The position numbers and the translations under genes were made by a program. Shown one piece after another: positions 18,838 through 26,278 of a stretch of 64,000 nucleotides of DNA. The notes beneath the pieces are model-generated. The model was not told where the DNA came from, searched no databases, and saw only the letters and a list, made by a program, of their open reading frames with translations. Source of the stretch: an uncultured Chloroflexia bacterium (GTDB taxonomy: Bacteria > Chloroflexota > Ktedonobacteria > Ktedonobacterales > Ktedonobacteraceae); NCBI GenBank assembly GCA_963792705.1, contig CAWBXD010000010.1:2224-66223 (forward strand), read 5' to 3'. How positions within the stretch are numbered: the first letter of the stretch is position 1; the number at the start of each line of letters is the position of its first letter.

Positions 18838-20472
18838 CTAGCGGCTAGCAGAACGCTTTGAGGTGGTTGTTCGCCGTGCGCGTACTGGTGATGTAGGTCT
18901 GGTTCGTCTAGCGGACACACGTTGCTGTGGCTCCGTGACAACAAAAGATGTTTTGTAGGCGTCCGTAGTTCTACCAATGCGGGACCGCGTTCCGACATCT
19001 CTTCTACCATCACGCTCTCTGTCAGCATATTGGCCTTCTGTCAAAGCGTAGTTTTCTGGCTCTCGTATTGGTGTGCGAGTTGGTATTCTTCCTGGAACAC
19101 TGTCATTCGTTCGTCTTCTTGTGTCTGACACTGGGAAGCTATCGCGTCTGCTAGACGGTACACGTCTGCTACGATCCTGCTCAGAAGGGGTGAACGGTTG
19201 ACGCTCACGCGTTGGACGTTGCTCACTTCTGCGCTCGTAATCTTGTGTTTCGGAGAACGATTGGCGACTACGTGCTGGTCTCTGCTCACTTCTACGATCA
19301 TACTCTTGTGTTTCCACGACCGCTGGTGTTGCAAGTGCAGTTGGAACAAGAGCGTCCTTATCGAGCGCAAGATGCTGCAGTGTAACTGCTTGTCCAAGAC
19401 CACGAGCCATACGCCGCCACTTTGCAATATCGGCAGGTGCAAGCAAAGTAATCGCTTTTCCTTGTCGCCCCATACGGCCTGTACGACCAATACGGTGAGT
19501 GAATAAGTCGCTTGACTCTGGGAGTTCGTAGTTGATGACCTGATAAATTCCTGTGATATCCAATCCACGTGCCGCTACGTTGGTAGCAAGCAATGTATGG
19601 ACATGTCCCTTGCGGAACGCACTCAAGACATCTTCACGCGCACGCTGACTCTTGTTACCATGTAGTGTTCCGACGGTAAAGCCAAGCATAGAGAGTTGCT
19701 TACCTAGCTTCTCGACGCCATATTTTGTGCGACCGAAGATGAGACTACTTTCGCCCTCTGTAGAACGTAAGAGTGTGCTGAGTGCTGCCATTTTCTGGTC
19801 TTGTGGAACCTGATATACAATCTGTTCAATTGTACTTTCACCACTGGCAGCGAGTGTAATGTCTATATTGACCGGATTTTTGAGAAACTTTTTCTTGAGT
19901 GTCGCAATCCATTCGGGCATTGTTGCGGAAAAAAGTGCCATTTGTCGTGTGCTTGGCGTTGTTGTCAGTATCTCTTCGATAGCGGGAGCGAAACCGCTAT
20001 CCAGCATCTGGTCTGCTTCGTCGAGCACACACATACGGAGTTCGGTTAGCACTAATGTGCCACGATCAAGATGGTCTTTGACACGCCCCGGTGTGCCAAC
20101 AACAATCTGCGCGCCATAGCGTAATGCAGAGAGTTGATTACCATAGGGTCGCCCACCCACCAGGAGTGCAGTTGAGAGCCTACGGCTTGCAGCAAACTTA
20201 CCTAACACGGCACTTACCTGAACGGCCAATTCGCGTGTTGGTACAAGAATCAGGGCCTGTACTGAGCGTGTATCCTTGGATAATCTTTCGACTATAGGAA
20301 TGCTGTAAGCAAGTGTTTTGCCTGATCCAGTAGGTGATTGTCCCACCACATCGTTGCCAGCAAGTAATGCTGGAATGGCTTCAGCTTGAATTGGAGAAGG
20401 CTCTGTAATATTCATAGTTGCAAGGACCGCACGTGTGGCGGGCTGCAAAGAAAAATCGTTAAAAGATGGCAT
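18838..20472 (-). CDS. DEAD-box ATP-dependent RNA helicase with Arg-rich repetitive C-terminal tail
   Basis: Motif I GQSPTGSGKT, motif II VLDEADQML, SAT (LFSAT), and motif VI HRIGRTGRMG. Start taken at ATG 20472 (MPSFNDFSL), which precedes the Q-motif region. Confidence 0.92.
   Translation of the reverse strand: MPSFNDFSLQPATRAVLATMNITEPSPIQAEAIPALLAGNDVVGQSPTGSGKTLAYSIPIVERLSKDTRSVQALILVPTRELAVQVSAVLGKFAASRRLSTALLVGGRPYGNQLSALRYGAQIVVGTPGRVKDHLDRGTLVLTELRMCVLDEADQMLDSGFAPAIEEILTTTPSTRQMALFSATMPEWIATLKKKFLKNPVNIDITLAASGESTIEQIVYQVPQDQKMAALSTLLRSTEGESSLIFGRTKYGVEKLGKQLSMLGFTVGTLHGNKSQRAREDVLSAFRKGHVHTLLATNVAARGLDITGIYQVINYELPESSDLFTHRIGRTGRMGRQGKAITLLAPADIAKWRRMARGLGQAVTLQHLALDKDALVPTALATPAVVETQEYDRRSEQRPARSRQSFSETQDYERRSEQRPTRERQPFTPSEQDRSRRVPSSRRDSFPVSDTRRRTNDSVPGRIPTRTPIREPENYALTEGQYADRERDGRRDVGTRSRIGRTTDAYKTSFVVTEPQQRVSARRTRPTSPVRARRTTTSKRSASR
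19221..19314. repeat. two copies of a 63-bp (21-codon) tandem unit inside the helicase tail
   Basis: gctcacttctgcgctcgtaatcttgtgtttc at 19221 and gctcacttctacgatcatactcttgtgtttc at 19284 match at 27 of 31 positions. They encode ETQEYDRRSEQRP / ETQDYERRSEQRP. Confidence 0.7.
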
Positions 20473-20775
20473 GAAAAGTCCTTTCGGCCAAGGCGCTCCT
20501 CGTGAGCGCGGTACATCTCCTTGACGGCACAATGCCAACAGGGAGTACCAGGAGCAGGCCGTAGGATACGGAAGCAATGCTGCTAGCTGATAATGGAGTA
20601 GAACGTGTTGCAGGGAGAGAGTATTCTACAGAGGATTGCTCGGAACTCTTTAGTGTCTTTATCGGGGAACAGGACCTGCGAACAGCCTGATCCATGCCAT
20701 GCAAACAGTTATAACTCCCACATTATACATTGATTGAAGCGAAACGTCAAGCGAATTTCAACGTATTGTTATAAG

Positions 20776-22071
20776 TCACCTATATACAGTACAGCCGCTC
20801 TGCTCAAGTTGTTGAAACCACTCAGGAAAGGCAGCAACTTTGTTCCACCGCACATCAACCTTTTCAAGATTGGGTAGGTCTTTCAAGCTTTCGGGAAGAG
20901 AAATGAGTTTGTTGCCCCTTAAATCAAGGTGCGTAAGATGTGTTAAGTTGCCGAACGACTCTGGTAAAGTTGTTAACCTGTTATTTCTTAGGTCGAGTCG
21001 TGTAAGTTGCGTCATGTTTCCAAATGACTCTGGTAACACAACCAATTGGTTATTCATTAGATATAATTCTTGAAGATGAGTTAGGTTCCCTATTGACTTG
21101 GGGAGTGAGACTAGTTGGTTATTCATACCATGCAATTCCTGCAAATTTTTCAGATTGCCAAGCGAATCTGGCAACGTGGTCAATACGTTATTGTATATCC
21201 TTAGTTCTTTTAGATGTGTAAGGTCGCCAATATGTTCAGGAAGTGCAGTCAAGGCATTGTCAGTGCTATTGAGGTAGCGAAGGTTGCTCAAATGTGTTAG
21301 CAATTCGGGAAGAGAAGTCAAAGAATTGTTGCTGAGATACAGAAAAAATGTAAGATTTTTTAGCATTCCAAGAGACGCTGGCAACACCTTGAATGCATTA
21401 TGACCTATATCAAGCGTATAGAGTTGGGAGAGGTTGCCAATCCGCTCCGACAAAAATGACAACTGATTTTCACTAATGTTGAGGCATTCAAGACTCTTTA
21501 TTTCCCATAATGTTTCGGGTAGTGAGGTGAGTTGATTTTTGCCTACGCTTACATTTGTGAGATGCGTTAATTGACTCATACGTGTGGGAAGCGAAGCAAG
21601 TTTGTTGCCGTAAACATGCAAATTTTTGAGGTTTGTAAGTCGCTGAATGCTTTCAGGAAGTGATATTAGTTGGTTCTTATCGACATGTAGTTCCTCAAGC
21701 TGATGCAAGTTCCCAAGTGTTTCGGGAAGTGAGGCGAGTTGATTTTCGTCCAACAGAAGCTTTTTAAGCTGATGCAAATTCTCAAGTGACTCAGGAAGCG
21801 ATTGCAGGTTGTTCCCAGTCACATCTAAAAAGCGCAGATTAGACAAGTTTCCAAGTGACGCAGGAAGAGACGTTATCGCACAATAGCGCAATGACAGTGC
21901 AACAACGCTATTGTTTTCGATAGAGGCGCCTATTGCACACTCACCTCGCTCAATTATTTCCTTTGTCACAAAGGGAAGAGCTTCCTCGTCATACAAAGAC
22001 TTGTTCGCTTGAAGAATTTCCTCTATTGCTTTGAGTGCGTTTCTTTCAGGAATGGAGATATTGTTTTGCAT
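20776..22071 (-). CDS. leucine-rich repeat (LRR) protein, about 15 tandem 23-aa repeats
   Basis: Repeated LxxLPESLGNLxxLxxLxLxxNQLxS units run through most of the protein. ATG at 22071 (MQNNISIPE); the track start at 22086 is TTG. Confidence 0.85.
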   Translation of the reverse strand: MQNNISIPERNALKAIEEILQANKSLYDEEALPFVTKEIIERGECAIGASIENNSVVALSLRYCAITSLPASLGNLSNLRFLDVTGNNLQSLPESLENLHQLKKLLLDENQLASLPETLGNLHQLEELHVDKNQLISLPESIQRLTNLKNLHVYGNKLASLPTRMSQLTHLTNVSVGKNQLTSLPETLWEIKSLECLNISENQLSFLSERIGNLSQLYTLDIGHNAFKVLPASLGMLKNLTFFLYLSNNSLTSLPELLTHLSNLRYLNSTDNALTALPEHIGDLTHLKELRIYNNVLTTLPDSLGNLKNLQELHGMNNQLVSLPKSIGNLTHLQELYLMNNQLVVLPESFGNMTQLTRLDLRNNRLTTLPESFGNLTHLTHLDLRGNKLISLPESLKDLPNLEKVDVRWNKVAAFPEWFQQLEQSGCTVYR

Positions 22072-22106
22072 ATCATAACGTTTCAACTTAGCTTACAAAA
22101 GATTTT

Positions 22107-22817
22107 TTACATTACAAAGGTGTCGGTGAATGTCTCCCCTGCTTTGTATACTACCGTTTTTCCGTTGCGATAGACCGTTACTGCCCCTTGGCCATAAACT
22201 CCCCATGTTCTTTTTCGTTCTCCATCGCCATCATCGATCATACCTGTTCGTTCATCAATGCCTAGAAGCACTGCGTCAGGAAGCAATTTTGCTAACCGCT
22301 GTACCCAACCTTTGCCAAAGGTGTTGTGATGAGGGAGAACACAGGCGTTTGGTACCAAACCCAGTCCTTCAGTAACCTTACCAACACTGGGATCAAAATA
22401 ATACTGGCATAAGACCATCGCGCCAGCACTGCTACCAGCGATTACTGCTCCATTCTCATAAGCGTTTAGCATGGCTTGCCACGCTGTACTTTTCATAAGC
22501 GTTTGACCAAGATAACCAGTGAAGCCCCCTAATAGATAGATAAGACGAGATTGACGTAGAGAAGTTGCGATACTAGCATCATTTGCTGACACTTTATCAG
22601 TGAGAGGCAATGCCTTAACGTTGCTTGCGCCAAGGCTTGTGAACCAATTGACGCCATTTCTGCCCGCACGCTGATGATTATTATCTGGCGCCGCGGCTGT
22701 CGGGATAATACTAATATTTGCCTGTGGACCACCTGCTAAAGCAATAGCGCGTTGGTCGGGTTGCGCCATTTGTCCACCAAACTCAGCTCCGCCCTCTAAT
22801 ACGATATATCCAGCCAT
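22107..22817 (-). CDS. peptidase S51 family (cyanophycinase/peptidase E-like)
   Basis: Nucleophile-elbow motif VIAGSSAGAMVL, N-terminal IVLEGGAEFGG, and a length and pattern typical of S51. Confidence 0.7.
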   Translation of the reverse strand: MAGYIVLEGGAEFGGQMAQPDQRAIALAGGPQANISIIPTAAAPDNNHQRAGRNGVNWFTSLGASNVKALPLTDKVSANDASIATSLRQSRLIYLLGGFTGYLGQTLMKSTAWQAMLNAYENGAVIAGSSAGAMVLCQYYFDPSVGKVTEGLGLVPNACVLPHHNTFGKGWVQRLAKLLPDAVLLGIDERTGMIDDGDGERKRTWGVYGQGAVTVYRNGKTVVYKAGETFTDTFVM

Positions 22818-22957
22818 ATGTCCTTCTTTCTTTTAGAAATTACAAGCTATGCAAGAGCGATGGTTCAATTGCAGATGCTAGATCAGGTACCTGATCGGCA
22901 AGAGCGCGCAGGAGACCATAGCAACCAGCTAACATCATATCGCCGTGTGGGACAGCT

Positions 22958-23992
22958 TCATAGGGATGCAGATGTGAACCGCGCAACAATGCACGTCGAG
23001 GACCTGTCACGGAAAGAAACGGGAATGCGGAACCCTGCGCCGACTGTCGCGTGTACAATAAGTGCTCCATGCCCACTATCAGCAAACACCTCTTCATTCG
23101 AGAGGGTGCCATCAGCCAGTTTGACTAACAATTCTTCTAGCCTTGTCTTGCTAATCTCACCTGTGTGGTGTTCAAAAATACCTACAATGTGTCCCTGTAC
23201 AAGATGAAACGCGAGCGTATGAAAGTTTCCTATATTGCATAATATACTTTCTTGTTGCTTTCGCACAAGTGGGTCCTCCAACGAACCGAGGGCGGCAGCC
23301 GATCCTGTATCCATTAAGAACATGGGTATATGTATATCTGAGTGCGTGAATTCCAGGTAGCGTTTCGCACTTGTGGCAAGAGCTTGTAGCCGTGTCAGTT
23401 CTAAAGGTATAGCTTGTACGGAGTACGCAAAGGCACTTAGAATTGGATGAGCATGAACCGTTTTTGTGATAAAGTCAAAGCGAAAACGGCGGTCACTGAT
23501 ACCCGGAGGTGCTGCCCCATGATCGAATGCCGCCAACGCGAGTGCATCCACACGTGGCTCGACGTCAAAGGCGCGCAGGGCAGTTGTGATTGCTTGCGCG
23601 TCAAAGTCCTGTAGTTCAATGTGTACGGTATTGGGATTTGCTACACGTCGTGTAGCTTCAGCAGCGTCAATAATCTCGAAGCCCATTCGCTCAACCATTG
23701 TGAGATCATCATCAAAAGTTCGTCCAGCTTCAGGCGTAACAGCAACTGGGTAGCCTGCGAGTGCATGATCGCGCGTAGCCCAATGAGAGGGACCGCCACC
23801 CATTGTGACACCTGTAAGCACAAGTGCTTGCCCCTGTTTTGTTGCTTGCTTTACGCGTTCCGCAACGATCACCGTTGGAGAAGGCATAACCATCTTGAAG
23901 CAATTCTCAATAGTTTTTCCACTCTCGAAGAGCAGAATATCTTGAGTTCCGGTTCCAACGTCAACGGCAAGAATACGTATAGGGTTCGACAT
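22958..23992 (-). CDS. DUF1786-like ASKHA-fold protein (annotated in databases as a putative pyruvate formate-lyase activating enzyme relative); possible frameshift near the 3' end
   Basis: N-terminal phosphate-1-like motif ILAVDVGTGTQDILLFE. The C-terminal 30 aa look non-native, and frame +1 (ORF 22840..23112) continues with protein-like sequence. Confidence 0.6.
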   Translation of the reverse strand: MSNPIRILAVDVGTGTQDILLFESGKTIENCFKMVMPSPTVIVAERVKQATKQGQALVLTGVTMGGGPSHWATRDHALAGYPVAVTPEAGRTFDDDLTMVERMGFEIIDAAEATRRVANPNTVHIELQDFDAQAITTALRAFDVEPRVDALALAAFDHGAAPPGISDRRFRFDFITKTVHAHPILSAFAYSVQAIPLELTRLQALATSAKRYLEFTHSDIHIPMFLMDTGSAAALGSLEDPLVRKQQESILCNIGNFHTLAFHLVQGHIVGIFEHHTGEISKTRLEELLVKLADGTLSNEEVFADSGHGALIVHATVGAGFRIPVSFRDRSSTCIVARFTSASL

Positions 23993-24080
23993 AAAAGCAC
24001 ACCTTTATATGGTAGTAGTCTACTTTAACAAAAGTATACCACTATAAGCTTCAACACGAAATTATGTAACTGCTAAAAAT

Positions 24081-24109
24081 TTGCAATTACGTATTTTTGC
24101 TGGTATACT
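24081..24109 (+). promoter_or_regulatory. sigma70-type promoter of the NiCoT gene (TTGCAA-17-TATACT)
   Basis: TTGCAA at 24081..24086, a 17-nt spacer, then TATACT at 24104..24109. This implies a leader of about 144 nt before ATG 24260. Confidence 0.65.
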
Positions 24110-24259
24110 CTTGAAAGAAACGTTCTTGTGTATTCCAAAAATCATTTCTTGTATGTAAGAATGTACACAGATTTCCCTCGTAGCGCAAAACGATACAGCA
24201 GGTTTTTCCATAATTGTAATAGCTTTCAATCGTGCTGCCTAGTGTTTTCAGGAGGTTCC

Positions 24260-25438
24260 ATGAGTAGCAGAGCTAGTAGCTTTGGTATTTCAGCCATTTC
24301 TCACGTCTTCAATGATAGTTCAAGTGAGTTACGGAATAAGATCATCGGTATCTACGCGTTCCTTATTGCGTTTAACGTTCTTGCCTGGGTCTTTGCATTC
24401 GCAGGTTTTAGCGTCCGATATCCTGAACTTCTCGGTACAGCGCTCTTAGCGTACACTTTCGGGTTACGTCACTCTGTCGATGCAGATCATATCTCAGCCA
24501 TCGACAACGTCACGCGTAAATTGATGCAAGAAAACAAAAAGCCTATTGGTGTCGGGTTCTTTTTCTCGCTCGGTCATTCCACGGTTGTGGTTGCATTATC
24601 TGTCGCCATTGCTATCGCGGCGACGTTCATTCAAGGAAGCCTTCCGGCTCTTAAAAACGCTGGTGGACTCATTGGAACATCCGTATCAGCACTCTTCTTG
24701 TTTGTCATCGCGCTCATCAATGGCCTTGTTCTCTGGGAGATTTTCCAGACCTTTCAGAAGGTAAGACGCGGAGAGGAATACAGCGAGCAGACACTTGATG
24801 AGTTTTTAAACCAGCGTGGCATCATGGGTCGTTTTTTCCGCCCTTTGTTGCGTATGGTGGATGCGAGTTGGAAGATGTATCCTGTGGGCGTTCTGTTTGG
24901 ACTTGGTTTTGATACTGCGACTGAGGTAGGATTGTTAGGGATTGCAGCTACAGCCGCTGGCAAGGGAATGCCTGTCCTCTTCATCCTTATCTTTCCAATG
25001 CTCTTTACGGCTGGTATGTGCTTGCTTGACACAACGGATGGTATCCTAATGCTTGGTGCATATGGGTGGGCTTTTGTGAAACCTGTACGCAAACTGTACT
25101 ACAACTTAAATATCACGCTTGTGTCGGTGTTAGTAGCTGTGGTAGTTGGTACGATTGAGGTTCTGAGCATCATTGCAATGGAGTTTCACCTGAGTGGTGG
25201 TTTATGGGACCCATTGGTCAATCTCGACTTTGGTGTTTTGGGTGGCATCATTATTGGTCTCTTCCTTCTTAGTTGGGTTATATCGACCATCATCTATAAG
25301 GTGAAGCGATATGATGATCTTGAAGTGAAGACAGCACAACCGCTTTCCACGCCCTCAAAAGTAATAAGCGAGACAAAGAGCAGTTCTGTTGCATCAGCTT
25401 CATTAAAGGATACAACAAGAAGCAGCATTCGCTCTTAG
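24260..25438 (+). CDS. NiCoT-family (HoxN/HupN/NixA) nickel/cobalt permease
   Basis: Signature LRHSVDADHISAIDNVTRK in TM2, FFFSLGHSTVV, and GLGFDTATEV. GGAGG lies 5 nt before ATG 24260. The 44-codon N-terminal extension from GTG 24128 looks non-coding. Confidence 0.88.
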   Translation: MSSRASSFGISAISHVFNDSSSELRNKIIGIYAFLIAFNVLAWVFAFAGFSVRYPELLGTALLAYTFGLRHSVDADHISAIDNVTRKLMQENKKPIGVGFFFSLGHSTVVVALSVAIAIAATFIQGSLPALKNAGGLIGTSVSALFLFVIALINGLVLWEIFQTFQKVRRGEEYSEQTLDEFLNQRGIMGRFFRPLLRMVDASWKMYPVGVLFGLGFDTATEVGLLGIAATAAGKGMPVLFILIFPMLFTAGMCLLDTTDGILMLGAYGWAFVKPVRKLYYNLNITLVSVLVAVVVGTIEVLSIIAMEFHLSGGLWDPLVNLDFGVLGGIIIGLFLLSWVISTIIYKVKRYDDLEVKTAQPLSTPSKVISETKSSSVASASLKDTTRSSIRS

Positions 25439-25449
25439 AAAGAGCGTTC

Positions 25450-25514
25450 AAGCGTCAATACGTCGTAAGTGGTAGGAGACTTTGTCTTCCTCTTTCTAAC
25501 ACGTATTGACGCTT
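25450..25514. other. 14-bp perfect inverted repeat with a 37-nt spacer; the right arm overlaps the -35 of the fur-like promoter
   Basis: aagcgtcaatacgt ... acgtattgacgctt, starting 12 nt after the NiCoT stop. Confidence 0.45.
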
Positions 25515-25534
25515 ATCCCTTGTAGTGTTAGGAT
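25506..25534 (+). promoter_or_regulatory. promoter of the Fur-family gene (TTGACG-17-TAGGAT)
   Basis: TTGACG at 25506..25511, a 17-nt spacer, then TAGGAT at 25529..25534. Confidence 0.5.
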
Positions 25535-25579
25535 AGCGAATAGAGAGATAGTTAGGAAGCAAGCTAGAGGACGTGCAAG

Positions 25580-26056
25580 ATGCATCAATATGTCGATTTG
25601 AGTAACGATTTACTTCATAAACGTGGTTATCGCTTGACGCCGCAGCGTTACCTTGTCTTAAGTGTGATACAAGAAGCGAACGGGCATATTAGCCTTGAGC
25701 AGATTGCGGATCGCGTCCAGGCACTTAACCCTCGCGTTAGCCTCTCAACCATTTACCGCACGTTAGAACTCCTCAACGAGCTAGGCCTAATACACGAAAA
25801 TCATCTGCCCGGCGAACCTCTCCATTATGAAATGCCACAAGGGAACAACCACCATCACCTTGTATGTAAGAAGTGTAAAACCATGATACATCTTGATGAC
25901 GCACTTTTGGGAGATCTGCACGAACGGATGCAGAAACAATACCATTTCCACAACCTCTCGCTTGGCTTATTGGCAGCAGGATACTGTGATACATGCTGGC
26001 AACATATGCAGCAAGAGGCCGAGCATCTTCTCCAGGAAACTGACGCACAGCAATAG
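25580..26056 (+). CDS. Fur-family metalloregulator (Fur/Zur/Nur type not resolvable)
   Basis: Winged-helix region LTPQRYLVLSVIQEANGHISLEQIADRV...STIYRTLELLNELGLI, the metal-site region HHHLVCKKCKTMIH, and a second Cys pair YCDTCW. Confidence 0.85.
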   Translation: MHQYVDLSNDLLHKRGYRLTPQRYLVLSVIQEANGHISLEQIADRVQALNPRVSLSTIYRTLELLNELGLIHENHLPGEPLHYEMPQGNNHHHLVCKKCKTMIHLDDALLGDLHERMQKQYHFHNLSLGLLAAGYCDTCWQHMQQEAEHLLQETDAQQ

Positions 26057-26278
26057 GCCGCTCTTCTGTTGTATACTATGTACGCTCTATACAATTATGT
26101 TTCATTGTGCTGTGAGCACAAGGTATTTCGTTGCTCGAAACTTTCTTGTAAAGCGTTCATTCTTTCCCGATATACGTATACTCAAAAATTCGTAGTACTC
26201 ACTTATACTTGCTAAAGACTCTTAGTAAGGAAGAGTAATCCTGGCTTTATACACATTTCCTGCGGAGGCATCGTATTC

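Noticed and set aside
18838-19100. An alternative reading of the helicase tail region as a separate gene (ORFs 18819..19028 and 19041..19568 on the minus strand in other frames).
   Set aside because: The helicase frame is continuous from the conserved core into the Arg-rich tail. The overlapping frames are low-complexity by-products of the repeat.
20776-22071. Regular 69-bp periodicity that could be mistaken for a CRISPR-like or tandem DNA repeat array.
   Set aside because: The periodicity is the coding signature of 23-aa leucine-rich repeats within one long ORF. The units are diverged at the DNA level and there are no spacer-like unique segments.
24110-24259. Cobalamin or NiCo (czcD) riboswitch in the NiCoT leader.
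   Set aside because: No B12-box-like core (GCCACTG context) and no paired-helix NiCo signature could be identified by eye. It is left as an unexplained leader rather than called as an RNA element.
24128-24259. N-terminal extensions proposed by the ORF track, for example the NiCoT gene from GTG 24128, the helicase from 20577, the ThuA fusion from 28590 and the PLC gene from 33053.
   Set aside because: The extensions encode implausible peptides, lack an SD, and in each case an internal ATG with a good SD coincides with the start of the conserved domain or signal peptide.
26057-26278. Possible T-box or other leader upstream of the CysRS-fusion gene.
   Set aside because: I could not find the conserved T-box sequence (AAnnnGGGTGGTACCGCG-like), a specifier-loop architecture, or a terminator/antiterminator pair. 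Only a small hairpin (actctt...aagagt) is present.
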